DNA of 32,000 bases from Corynebacterium amycolatum (GTDB lineage Bacteria > Actinomycetota > Actinomycetes > Mycobacteriales > Mycobacteriaceae). The position numbers were made by a program, and so were the translations under genes. The first letter of the stretch is position 1. Every line of letters starts with the position of its first letter. The DNA lies in assembly GCF_049243625.1 (NCBI RefSeq), contig NZ_CP046975.1; one strand, 5' to 3'. The notes beneath the pieces were generated by a model. It worked only from the letters and a program-made list of their open reading frames with translations, had not been told where the DNA came from and ran no database searches. Positions 8,252 through 26,443 of this stretch are shown here, one piece after another.

Positions 8252-10876
8252 ATGGCATCATCGTCTTCCACGCTGAGCCGCGTCGCCTGGCGCAACATCA
8301 CCTCGCACAAGTTGCGCCTCGTGCTCACAATTATTTCGGTCGTGCTGGGCACGGCCTTCATCACCGGCGCATTTGTGTTCACATCATCGCTGGACAAGGC
8401 CTTTAAGGGCGCAATGAGTACCGCTTATGACGGTGTCGACGTGGTGGTGACGGCCCCTGCTGACAATCCCGGTGCGCTCACCAAAGAAACTGAACAGAAG
8501 GTAGAGAACTTCCCTGGGGTGCGCGCCCTCAACATCGGCAATCCCAACAACAGCATTACGGCCACGGGAGCCGATGGCAAGCCGATTCAGACCAATGGTT
8601 CGCCATCGTTGGGTCTTCCCTACTATCCAGCGGCCGAAGCAGTGGGCAACAAGGTCACGATTACCGAGGGACACGCACCGGAAGCACCAGGTGAGGTGGT
8701 CGTCAATTCCACCACCGCCGAACTCGGCAACCTCCACGTCGGCACTGAAATCAAGGTGGCCACCCGTCTCGAGCGGGCGACGGTGAAGGTTGTCGGCATC
8801 GCTGATACCTCCATCGACGAAACCGGCTATCTCACAGTCTTTTTCACCCAAGATCAGTGGCGAGAGCTCTACGGCGCGGACAGCCATATGGACATGTTCA
8901 CCCTCGCTGCCGATTCCACCACCGACGCCGCCGCACTCACCCGTGACGTCGCGGCCGCGTTCCCCGAGCTCAAGGTAGAGGCCGGCTCTACGCTCGCCGA
9001 CGAGGCTTCCGAACGTGTCTCCTCCGCCTTAAGCTTTGTTAACTACTTCCTCATCGCTTTTGGGCTCATCGGTCTGCTGGTCGGCATCTTCATCATCTCC
9101 AATACCTTCACCATGCTGGTCACTCAGCGCATGAAGGAATTCGCTCTCCTCCGCGCCCTCGGTGCTTCACGACGGCAGCTCACTGGGTCAGTCCTCTTGG
9201 AGGCATTCATTGTTGGCCTCATCGGTTCCGCACTAGGTGTAATCACGGGATTTGGGCTGAGCCAGGGGCTATTCATGCTTCTCGATGCCATGAGTATCTC
9301 CATGCCCGGCGACGGCCTGACATTCGAACCGGTGGCAGTTATCGTGCCGCTCATTGTCGGCGTGGTAATTACCATGATTGCCGCCTGGACGCCGGCCGCC
9401 CGCGCTGGCGCGGTCCCTCCTGTGGAAGCCATGCGCTCTGGAGATCAAACAACCAGCAATAGTCTCAGTGCTCGGACGTGGACCGGCGCAGTGCTGGCAT
9501 CCGCTGCTATTGCAATCATTGCCTGGGCATTGCAGTGGAACGACGCGGAAACCAAGATTCGCGCCATCTTCGTTGGTGTCGGTGCGGTGATGGCCGTAGC
9601 CTCCGTCTGGCTTGTCGGCCCTGCACTGTCCATGCCTCTGATCGGAGGACTGGGGCGCGTCGTAGGTGCGCCTTTTGGAACCGTCGGCAAGCTTGCGGCA
9701 ACGAACTCTCACCGCAATCCGCGCAGAACGGGAACCACATCGTTTGCACTGACGCTCGGACTTGCGCTGGTGACTGTGATCGGCATGTTCGGCGTGTCCA
9801 TGAAGGAAGCGGTCAATGAGTGGTCAGAGACCAATCTGACGGCTGACTTCGTGCTCTCACCGCCTCTGACTGCGCATTCGGCCCTGCCTCTTGGTGTCGA
9901 GGACGCGGTGAAGGGTATCGATGGTGTCGAAGACACCGCAACGTTGTCGATTGGTGCCCTACTGGTGATCCCGCCTGAAGAAGCCGCCACGATGATGACT
10001 GCCGACGGCGAACAAACTGAAGTCGGACCGGAATCTAGCAATGTGTCGGTTTTCAACTCCAACGTCGGCAAATGGTACGGCACTCGCGCCCTCCAAGGAT
10101 CCCTTAATCTAGCCAAGCCAGATGCGGGAATTGTCATCAGCGAATCAACGGCGAAAAAGAATAGTTGGAACGTTGACACTGAACTTGCAGTGGTTTCCAA
10201 AGGCGGCGTAACACGGCTCCCTGTCACCGGCATTTTTGCTGATACAAGAGATCCAGGCCAGTCGATTTTTGTCTCCTACGAAGCCGCCCATAAATATGTC
10301 AAGAGCAGCCACCTGTTGCCCTTCCAGACCTACGTCGATGTCTCCGATTCCATCGCAGCAGATGACAGCGCCATGGCTGAGATGAAACAGAAGCTTAGCG
10401 GCGCCGTTGCAGACTACCTTGTAGTACAAGTGATGACTGCCAAGGAGTTCGCGGGCCTGGCTAATGCCTCTATCGATGTCATGCTGGGAATCGTGTACGC
10501 ACTGCTGGCACTGGCGGTCATCATTTCGATTCTGGGAATTATCAATACTGTCGCGCTCTCAGTTGTCGAGCGCCGCCAGGAGATTGGCATGCTTCGAGCC
10601 GTCGGCCTGCAGCGCTCAGGGATTCGCCGGATGATTCGCCTGGAATCTGTGGAAATCTCCATTTTCGGCGCGGTTGTGGGTATTGTCCTCGGCTTGTTCC
10701 TTGGCTGGTCACTGCTGACCGTGCTGAAGGATGAGGGCCTGAATACTATTGCGGTACCGTGGCTGCAGGTTGTTCTCATGCTGCTTGGGTCTGCGCTTGT
10801 AGGCGTTATTGCTGCTCTCGGACCTGGTCAGAAGGCCGCAAAGACACCACCTCTGGCCGCTATCGCAGACGAATAG
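8252..10876 (+). CDS. ABC transporter permease with two FtsX/MacB-type domains (874 aa)
   Basis: There are two copies of the FtsX-like four-helix module (around FALLRALGASRRQL and IGMLRAVGLQRSGI), each preceded by a large extracytoplasmic segment. It sits 20 nt after the ATPase gene. Confidence 0.85.
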   Translation: MASSSSTLSRVAWRNITSHKLRLVLTIISVVLGTAFITGAFVFTSSLDKAFKGAMSTAYDGVDVVVTAPADNPGALTKETEQKVENFPGVRALNIGNPNNSITATGADGKPIQTNGSPSLGLPYYPAAEAVGNKVTITEGHAPEAPGEVVVNSTTAELGNLHVGTEIKVATRLERATVKVVGIADTSIDETGYLTVFFTQDQWRELYGADSHMDMFTLAADSTTDAAALTRDVAAAFPELKVEAGSTLADEASERVSSALSFVNYFLIAFGLIGLLVGIFIISNTFTMLVTQRMKEFALLRALGASRRQLTGSVLLEAFIVGLIGSALGVITGFGLSQGLFMLLDAMSISMPGDGLTFEPVAVIVPLIVGVVITMIAAWTPAARAGAVPPVEAMRSGDQTTSNSLSARTWTGAVLASAAIAIIAWALQWNDAETKIRAIFVGVGAVMAVASVWLVGPALSMPLIGGLGRVVGAPFGTVGKLAATNSHRNPRRTGTTSFALTLGLALVTVIGMFGVSMKEAVNEWSETNLTADFVLSPPLTAHSALPLGVEDAVKGIDGVEDTATLSIGALLVIPPEEAATMMTADGEQTEVGPESSNVSVFNSNVGKWYGTRALQGSLNLAKPDAGIVISESTAKKNSWNVDTELAVVSKGGVTRLPVTGIFADTRDPGQSIFVSYEAAHKYVKSSHLLPFQTYVDVSDSIAADDSAMAEMKQKLSGAVADYLVVQVMTAKEFAGLANASIDVMLGIVYALLALAVIISILGIINTVALSVVERRQEIGMLRAVGLQRSGIRRMIRLESVEISIFGAVVGIVLGLFLGWSLLTVLKDEGLNTIAVPWLQVVLMLLGSALVGVIAALGPGQKAAKTPPLAAIADE

Positions 10877-10895
10877 TCGCCGCTATATGAAAGCA

Positions 10896-10932
10896 CCCCG
10901 CGCAGATATAGTTTCTGCACGGGGTTTTATTT
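10896..10932 (+). terminator. Rho-independent terminator after the ABC operon
   Basis: Stem CCCCGCGCAGA / TCTGCACGGGG (one C-A mismatch), loop TATAGTT, then TTTTATTT (10925-10932). Confidence 0.7.
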
Positions 10933-10987
10933 CGCCTTATCGCCTAGGCGGTATCAGCTATCCGACTCACGCATTTCCACTGGAAAT

Positions 10988-11431
10988 TTATACGGCTGCG
11001 TTGGCCTTGCGATCCACGCGTTCACGATTCTTCAGCGCCTTATTGAGAAGCATAAAGAACCACACAAAGCCAACCGTCAGGATAATGTGGCCGAGTCCTG
11101 CAATTCCCGAGTACATCGGACCCCAGGCCTCCGGGCCTGAAACAACGTGGACAATACCGTTTGCCACCATCATGCCGATCGTCCAAACAATGCCGACATT
11201 CTGAACAATGAACCAGCGATCAAAGCCCTTGACAGCTGAAATATTGAATTGACCATCCAATGCCAGCGCAACCAAGAAAAAGATCGTGCCAAGGACAAGG
11301 AAATGCGTGTGCAGCGTATTGAGCTGCGTTTTATCGCCAAAATCCATCGCACGGGTAAATTCACGATAGAAAACGCCAGAAAACAGACCAAGACCGAGGT
11401 AGACCGAAGCGGCTGTGAATAACTTACGCAT
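10988..11431 (-). CDS. Small four-TM membrane protein, DUF2871-like
   Basis: The hydrophobic pattern and the motifs GVFYREFT and LHTHFLVLGTIFFL resemble the DUF2871 family as I remember it. The family assignment is unverified. Confidence 0.6.
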   Translation of the reverse strand: MRKLFTAASVYLGLGLFSGVFYREFTRAMDFGDKTQLNTLHTHFLVLGTIFFLVALALDGQFNISAVKGFDRWFIVQNVGIVWTIGMMVANGIVHVVSGPEAWGPMYSGIAGLGHIILTVGFVWFFMLLNKALKNRERVDRKANAAV

Positions 11432-11521
11432 ACTTCGTAGCCTACTCAGAAAACACTGGCTTCTACATGGACTAAACCCAGGGGGTTAAACGAAAGTTTG
11501 ATACCGCGAAACTAGAGGGCC

Positions 11522-12292
11522 TCAAACTAACCGCGCGAATCGAGCCACCACACGTTTCGGCACAGCCTTAAATAGAGCCATCACCAGACCATATAGACCG
11601 GGTGCGACCTCCGCTCGGTCGCTCTCCGCTGCACGTAACGTGCCCTCCACCAGATAACTGAGATTCTGATCAGGCATAAGACGCAACTTCACCGACTTCG
11701 CCTGCTTCACGACGTCCCGGAGCGCCTTGGTCTTAACCTTTCCCGGGTAGCAAATAGTTACAGTTACACCATTAGGCTTTAATTCATCCCTAAGGCTGAT
11801 ACCCCAATGCCGAATAAACGCCTTCGACGCTGTGTACACTGCGAGCCCTGGAGTTGGTGCTACAGCAGAGATCGACGAAACCAGAATAATGTGGCCATTC
11901 TCTTCGAATAGATCGTTTAGAGAGTAAACCGCTGCGACCGTTCCGCGAATATTCATCTGTATCATTTGATCAGCCCGCGAAAAATCCTGGGTATTAACAT
12001 CGCCATAATTCGCGTACGCGGCATTGAGGATTAAATAAACTATCGTCGCGTGATGGCGCTCAACACGATTCCGGAGCCTATCGCCAAAATCATCATCGGA
12101 CTGGTCTAGACGAAGATATCGAAGACGCGGACCTTGGGTCCTAGAGTGTTCAGCGGCCTCGCTGGAAGGATCATCGTTGTAGCTACGAGAGATACACCAG
12201 ATTTCATCTAGGTCTGGACGTAGCTGCCCGAGCCTATCGGCGAAGACGGCACCTATGCCACGAGATGCTCCAGTCACGATTCCCACTCGCAT
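11522..12292 (-). CDS. Short-chain dehydrogenase/reductase (SDR) family oxidoreductase
   Basis: Cofactor motif TGASRGIG close to the N-terminus, NAA, and catalytic YTASK. The ORF track starts at 12325. The ATG at 12292 (MRVGIVTGASRGIG) fits the usual SDR N-terminus better; either start is possible. Confidence 0.8.
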   Translation of the reverse strand: MRVGIVTGASRGIGAVFADRLGQLRPDLDEIWCISRSYNDDPSSEAAEHSRTQGPRLRYLRLDQSDDDFGDRLRNRVERHHATIVYLILNAAYANYGDVNTQDFSRADQMIQMNIRGTVAAVYSLNDLFEENGHIILVSSISAVAPTPGLAVYTASKAFIRHWGISLRDELKPNGVTVTICYPGKVKTKALRDVVKQAKSVKLRLMPDQNLSYLVEGTLRAAESDRAEVAPGLYGLVMALFKAVPKRVVARFARLV

Positions 12293-12504
12293 GATTTCCA
12301 AGATACAGCTGACTGGTTCAGGCAATTAAAACGGCGCCGACCAAGAGTGCTGTATGGGAATAAACATGCCGACAAAAAGATACAGTGTTAAAACACTTAC
12401 GCTAGTTTATGTCGTTTACTTGTGGGTAAAACAAAAGCGGGCCGCAGCCACCACCCCACAACAACAAAGGGGAGCAACCACGACCCACAAACAAAAAATA
12501 TTCA

Positions 12505-12623
12505 TGCCGGCGGCGACCTACTCTCCCACACCCTCCCGAGTGCAGTACCATCGGCGCTGGTGGACTTAGCTTCCGGGTTCGGAATGGGACCGGGCGTGAC
12601 CCCACCGCTAACACCACCGACAA
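12505..12623 (-). rRNA. rrf: 5S rRNA (operon A)
   Basis: The reverse complement reads TGTCGGTGGTGTTAGCGG..CCCGGTCCCATTCCGAACCCGGAAGCTAAG..GGGAGAGTAGGTCGCCGCCGGCA. The terminal helix pairs 5' UGUCGGUGGUG with 3' UCGCCGCCGGCA. Ends are good to within a few nt. Confidence 0.9.
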
Positions 12624-12726
12624 AAACCAGGCAACAACCAACCCCACCACAAAACTTCGGGTGGGTGGTGTCATGCCAGACACTGAACAGTAGACGCGAG
12701 CAAAAACCCTAATTTTTCACACTCTC

Positions 12727-15822
<3,096 letters not shown>

Positions 15823-15906
15823 AAATACTCAAGAACAATCACAAACAGAAAAACTGCTTGACAAAATCGAACTTACAGAAAAACAAGATGCTCGCGTCCA
15901 CTATCC

Positions 15907-15922
15907 AGTTCTCACACAACAC
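15907..15922 (-). promoter_or_regulatory. boxA-like antitermination motif in the 16S-23S spacer (operon A)
   Basis: The minus strand reads GTGTTGTGTGAGAACT then ..ATAGTG. The same 16-mer recurs in the 16S leader (18087-18102). It resembles the boxA class (E. coli TGCTCTTTAACAA) and sits at the two positions where boxA occurs in characterised rrn operons. Confidence 0.45.
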
Positions 15923-16200
15923 CCACACACCACAGAACAAACCACCACACAGCAGCCCGCCTGCAGCACGCAGCAACCTGTACAACAGGAACAACAACAC
16001 GTGTGTCATCCCAGACACCCAACAGCGCACCAACAACCAACCAACACAAAAAAGGAAAGCACCTTAAACGTTTAATCATCACTTACACACGCGCAGACCA
16101 CCATCACTTCAGCAGCCTGACCAGCAGGTGTTCCACCCAAAAAACAAAAAAGCCACACGCCACCAACACGATGACACATGACACAAAGAAAAAATAATCT

Positions 16201-17727
<1,527 letters not shown>

Positions 17728-18086
17728 AACCCTTCAAATCAGAAGAATCACAAAACAATGAAAGGCCCAAAAACCTGACAAAAACAAAACAAACAACCAC
17801 CACACACCACAACAAGTGCGCGGCCTGGCCGTTATCCAAAAAACGTTCCCTCTCCCGAACCGACGAGGCCAAAAGAAAAAGGAACAAAACCATGATCTTT
17901 CCCACAAATGAAAAAACCACGCGAAAAGCACCCAAACAAGGCGCCGCCACGCAATCCATCACCCGCAAGCACAAAAGGACCCAAAACAAACAAAGGCCCC
18001 GGCACCCACCAGCAACACACACGCAAACGACAACCAAACAAGCACTTTCCCAAAAAAGTATTAGTTAGTACATCGGCACACTATTG

Positions 18087-18102
18087 AGTTCTCACACAAC
18101 AC
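18087..18102 (-). promoter_or_regulatory. boxA-like motif in the 16S leader (operon A)
   Basis: The minus strand reads GTGTTGTGTGAGAACT followed by CAATAGTG. This is the same 16-mer as in the spacer. Confidence 0.45.
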
Positions 18103-18161
18103 ACACCCACAAAACAACCACCACAACCAAGCAGCAGCCACCCCGCGAGCAGCAAAAGAAG

Positions 18162-18190
18162 ACTTTACCTTCACTACAAACACAAGTCAA
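18162..18190 (-). promoter_or_regulatory. Candidate rrn promoter P2 (operon A)
   Basis: Minus strand: TTGACT (18190-18185), 17-nt spacer, TAAAGT (18167-18162). The predicted start is near 18155, about 428 nt upstream of mature 16S. That is where perfect identity with operon B begins. Confidence 0.5.
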
Positions 18191-18271
18191 ACCGACCGTG
18201 AATACAAAGTAAACTCTCCCCCACATCACCACAACAAGCAATCACATCGCCCTGTCGCGCTGACCCCGGCT

Positions 18272-18301
18272 ACATTACACACACTTCACACATAACGCGA
18301 A
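18272..18301 (-). promoter_or_regulatory. Candidate rrn promoter P1 (operon A)
   Basis: Minus strand: TTCGCG (18301-18296), 18-nt spacer, TAATGT (18277-18272), followed by the block GGTCAGCGCG. The same arrangement (TTCGCT, 18 nt, TAATGT, GGTCAGCGCG) is conserved upstream of operon B within otherwise diverged sequence. Confidence 0.45.
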
Positions 18302-18539
18302 CCTGCAGGTCACAAGGCCTTTCTAGTGTATTTCCGAGCTAATAGAAAACCATAACCCTAGAGTCTCGCTTAAAGCTGTTCCGCAATGCATTCGTTCAGT
18401 GGCCTCCCACGCACACTCACGAGTTATCTCAGCAAAGTGGCGTGGCCCGATCGCCTCGTCGTAAAGCGAGATGGAGCGAAACCACCCCAATAGAAAGCTC
18501 CAGTGAGGAAAACCTGGACTAGGGAACTAAAGTCGAACT

Positions 18540-19988
18540 GTGACTACATCAACGAAGACCGATACTCAGACGGTTCATCCGGTCGATGAGTATCCGGGCC
18601 ATGTGAAACTGCTTGTACTCGGCTTTCAACATGTGCTCGCCGCGTATGCAGGCGCGGTGGCAGTCCCGCTTTTCGTGGGCTGGGCACTTGTGGATGCCGG
18701 GCGTATGTCCCCATCCGATATTCCGCACCTAATTGCTGCGGACCTGTTTGTTGCAGGCATCGCCACCATCGTACAGTCGGTGGGTATTTGGCGATTTGGT
18801 GTGCGACTACCACTGATTCAGGGCTGTACCTTCTCTGCCGCGATTCCGATGGTTACTATCGGATCGCAATACGGCGTACCCGCAATCTACGGTTCGGTGA
18901 TTGCATCGGGCATTTTCATGATGCTCTTTGCACCGCTTTTTGCGTCGCTTCTACGCCTATTTCCGCCGTTGGTCACTGGCACGGTGCTATTGATTATCGG
19001 CACGACGCTTATGCCAGTCGCAGCCGACTGGGTTGGTGGCGGTGCTGAAGTCAAGGACACTCCAGATTTCGGCGCACCTCAAAACTTGGCAGTAGCTGCG
19101 TTTGTGTTGGCCTTAATTCTCAGTATTGAGCGATGGGCACCAGAATGGCTCGCCCGCATTGCCGTTCTAGTGGGCATGATCTCCGGATTGCTGCTATGCA
19201 TTCCATTGGGAATGGTGGATTGGTCTGGAACTAAGGACTCACCAGTCTTCGGGTTGACGCATCCATTCTACTTTGGCATGCCTGAATTCGTCCTCTCCGC
19301 TGTATTTGCCATGTGCATTGTTTCGCTTGTGACTATGGTCGAAGCGACTGGCGACGTACTTGCAATCGGCGAGATTACCGAATCCGAGATTGATAATCAC
19401 CGTATTGCCGACACACTGCGTGCCGACGGTGCTGCGACCGTAATTGGCGGTATTTTCAATACCTTCCAATACACGGCGTTTGCCCAGAACATTGGCGTCC
19501 TATCCATCACGGGCGTACGTTCCCGATGGGTTACCGCAGCTGCAGGTGGAATGCTGCTGATTCTGGGTTTGATTCCAAAGACGGCCGCTCTCGTTGCCGC
19601 TATCCCAGCTCCAGTTTTGGGAGGTGCCGGTATTGCCTTGTTCGGTATGGTCGCAGCATCGGGCGTCCGCACTCTATCCAAGGTTAAGTTCACTGAATCC
19701 AACGTGATTGTCGTGGGTATTCCGTTGGCATTGGCATTACTTCCTGCTGTATCGCCCGAACTATTCTCCGGACTACCGGCATGGGCGCAAACGTTTATGG
19801 CTTCAGGTATCTGCGTAGGTTCCGTCGCTGCTATCATCTTGAATCTTTTGTTCAACACCGCCGACCGTGCACCGCACGCCGTTACTCCGAGTGCTCACGA
19901 CACCTTCCGCGGAGGTATTAACTCGGAAGATAAGGACCACGACGGCTACGGAGACGTCCCGTCGGCTAAGCCGAGCAGTAATAACTAA
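18540..19988 (+). CDS. NCS2/NAT-family nucleobase:cation symporter (xanthine/uracil-type permease)
   Basis: Family blocks LGFQHVLAAYAGAVAVPLFVG and MVEATGD, and the NAT signature FAQNIGVLSITGV. Gln at the first signature position is the purine/xanthine-type residue rather than the Glu of UraA. GTG start with only a weak GGGA 14 nt upstream. Confidence 0.85.
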   Translation: MTTSTKTDTQTVHPVDEYPGHVKLLVLGFQHVLAAYAGAVAVPLFVGWALVDAGRMSPSDIPHLIAADLFVAGIATIVQSVGIWRFGVRLPLIQGCTFSAAIPMVTIGSQYGVPAIYGSVIASGIFMMLFAPLFASLLRLFPPLVTGTVLLIIGTTLMPVAADWVGGGAEVKDTPDFGAPQNLAVAAFVLALILSIERWAPEWLARIAVLVGMISGLLLCIPLGMVDWSGTKDSPVFGLTHPFYFGMPEFVLSAVFAMCIVSLVTMVEATGDVLAIGEITESEIDNHRIADTLRADGAATVIGGIFNTFQYTAFAQNIGVLSITGVRSRWVTAAAGGMLLILGLIPKTAALVAAIPAPVLGGAGIALFGMVAASGVRTLSKVKFTESNVIVVGIPLALALLPAVSPELFSGLPAWAQTFMASGICVGSVAAIILNLLFNTADRAPHAVTPSAHDTFRGGINSEDKDHDGYGDVPSAKPSSNN

Positions 19989-20060
19989 CCTCGGTACTTT
20001 GATTAGCGCGACTGCATAGCTTAATCCCAGACAGGGCTAACCTAACTAAATACGACACCC

Positions 20061-20107
20061 TCCCGTATGGGCGCAGGCAATACCTCACCTATACGGGATT
20101 TTCTTTT
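20061..20107 (+). terminator. Rho-independent terminator after the permease gene
   Basis: Stem TCCCGTATGGG / CCTATACGGGA (11 bp including one G-U), 16-nt loop, then TTTTCTTTT (20099-20107). Confidence 0.55.
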
Positions 20108-20525
20108 GGCGCGATCGAGGAAGCCGCCACAGCATCTCGTAGGTACGAGTCGAAAATCAGAGCTGACTACTAAGTAAGCGTATGTCTCTCTATTTGGACA
20201 GCTTGGTAATAAAGCCTCAATTGAGACCGAGGTATCAGTATGTAGGGATAAGTGGCGGTGATAGTCACAGAAGTGCAATAGATGAATCGCACACACCAAC
20301 AAGCTAAGTGCCAGAATTCGAGGAGCCTCCGCGACCGGTCTACTGCGCACCGGGCCCCTTCCAAATACCCACCACCAAGCAAAATCAATGGCTATCACCG
20401 AAACATAAGCTACGACATCTATCGATTGAATGTTGTTTACTTGTGGGTAAAACAAAAGCGGGCCGCAGCCACCACCCCACAACAACAAAGGGGAGCAACC
20501 ACGACCCACAAACAAAAAATATTCA

Positions 20526-20644
20526 TGCCGGCGGCGACCTACTCTCCCACACCCTCCCGAGTGCAGTACCATCGGCGCTGGTGGACTTAGCTTCCGGGTT
20601 CGGAATGGGACCGGGCGTGACCCCACCGCTAACACCACCGACAA
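20526..20644 (-). rRNA. rrf: 5S rRNA (operon B)
   Basis: Identical to 12505-12623 at offset 8021. Confidence 0.9.
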
Positions 20645-20747
20645 AAACCAGGCAACAACCAACCCCACCACAAAACTTCGGGTGGGTGGTGTCATGCCAG
20701 ACACTGAACAGTAGACGCGAGCAAAAACCCTAATTTTTCACACTCTC

Positions 20748-23841
<3,094 letters not shown>

Positions 23842-23925
23842 AAATACTCAAGAACAATCACAAACAGAAAAACTGCTTGACAAAATCGAACTTACAGAAA
23901 AACAAGATGCTCGCGTCCACTATCC

Positions 23926-23941
23926 AGTTCTCACACAACAC
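23926..23941 (-). promoter_or_regulatory. boxA-like motif in the 16S-23S spacer (operon B)
   Basis: Identical to 15907-15922 at offset 8019. Confidence 0.45.
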
Positions 23942-24219
23942 CCACACACCACAGAACAAACCACCACACAGCAGCCCGCCTGCAGCACGCAGCAACCTGT
24001 ACAACAGGAACAACAACACGTGTGTCATCCCAGACACCCAACAGCGCACCAACAACCAACCAACACAAAAAAGGAAAGCACCTTAAACGTTTAATCATCA
24101 CTTACACACGCGCAGACCACCATCACTTCAGCAGCCTGACCAGCAGGTGTTCCACCCAAAAAACAAAAAAGCCACACGCCACCAACACGATGACACATGA
24201 CACAAAGAAAAAATAATCT

Positions 24220-25746
<1,527 letters not shown>

Positions 25747-26107
25747 AACCCTTCAAATCAGAAGAATCACAAAACAATGAAAGGCCCAAAAACCTGACAA
25801 AAACAAAACAAACAACCACCACACACAACACCAATTGCATGCGGCCTGGCCGTTATCCAAAAAACGTTCCCTCTCCCGAACCGACGAGGCCAAAAGAAAA
25901 AGGAACAAAACCATGATCTTTCCCACAAATGAAAAAACCACGCGAAAAGCACCCAAACAAGGCGCCGCCACGCAATCCATCACCCGCAAGCACAAAAGGA
26001 CCCAAAACAAACAAAGGCCCCGGCACCCACCAGCAACACACACGCAAACGACAACCAAACAAGCACTTTCCCAAAAAAGTATTAGTTAGTACATCGGCAC
26101 ACTATTG

Positions 26108-26123
26108 AGTTCTCACACAACAC
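26108..26123 (-). promoter_or_regulatory. boxA-like motif in the 16S leader (operon B)
   Basis: Identical to 18087-18102 at offset 8021. Confidence 0.45.
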
Positions 26124-26182
26124 ACACCCACAAAACAACCACCACAACCAAGCAGCAGCCACCCCGCGAGCAGCGAGAGAAA

Positions 26183-26212
26183 ACATTAACAAACAATTAA
26201 CCAGAAAGTCAA
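26183..26212 (-). promoter_or_regulatory. Candidate rrn promoter P2 (operon B)
   Basis: Minus strand: TTGACT (26212-26207), 18-nt spacer, TAATGT (26188-26183). This is the positional equivalent of operon A P2. Confidence 0.45.
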
Positions 26213-26305
26213 ACCAACGACTCCCAGCGGCTAACCGCACGAAAACATTTCCCCCACATCAGCCAACCAAACACATAAACTGCCTGGCCGCGCTGACCTC
26301 TGAAT

Positions 26306-26335
26306 ACATTACACACACGCCCTTATTTAAGCGAA
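26306..26335 (-). promoter_or_regulatory. Candidate rrn promoter P1 (operon B)
   Basis: Minus strand: TTCGCT (26335-26330), 18-nt spacer, TAATGT (26311-26306), then GGTCAGCGCG (26298-26289). Confidence 0.45.
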
Positions 26336-26443
26336 TCCGCTGGTAGAACCATGAAAACAATTCACTTTAGTTAACCCCGTACGCCAAATCAGAGACTTCC
26401 TAAGGCTCGGTCGCTACTTGTCAGCAACTCAGCAACCGACCAA

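Noticed and set aside
5295-10233. Long antisense or off-frame ORFs inside usp (5295-6050), rluA-like (6585-7184), the ABC ATPase (7517-8113) and the permease (for example 9709-10233); likewise 26682-27161 inside the MFS gene
   Set aside because: Each overlaps a gene with clear family motifs on the other strand or frame. Each has the Arg/Pro/Ser-rich composition of GC-rich non-coding frames.
7437-10876. The MacB/FtsX ABC pair as a candidate novel resistance or defence module
   Set aside because: An ATPase plus a double-FtsX 850-900-aa permease is a common actinobacterial arrangement. There is no adjacent sensor kinase, regulator, lipoprotein or immunity gene, and nothing unusual in the motifs.
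12414-12504. An intrinsic terminator in the conserved 91-nt post-5S tail (GCCCGCTTTTGTTTT; 7-bp UUGUGGG/CCCACAA helix)
   Set aside because: I could not build a convincing GC-rich stem immediately preceding the T-rich tract. The only helix encloses a 27-nt loop and has no U-run after it. No terminator is called.
18400-18539. Purine riboswitch or PyrR-binding attenuator upstream of the permease (CACUCA.. opening; UCCAGUGAGG resembles the PyrR loop UCCAGAGAGG as I recall it)
   Set aside because: The conserved purine-riboswitch junction sequences are absent. The PyrR-like decamer has a mismatch and pairs differently, its CCAG pairing with a downstream CUGG. The NAT signature has Gln (purine type), not the Glu of uracil permeases. 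I keep it only as a low-interest item to test with covariance models.
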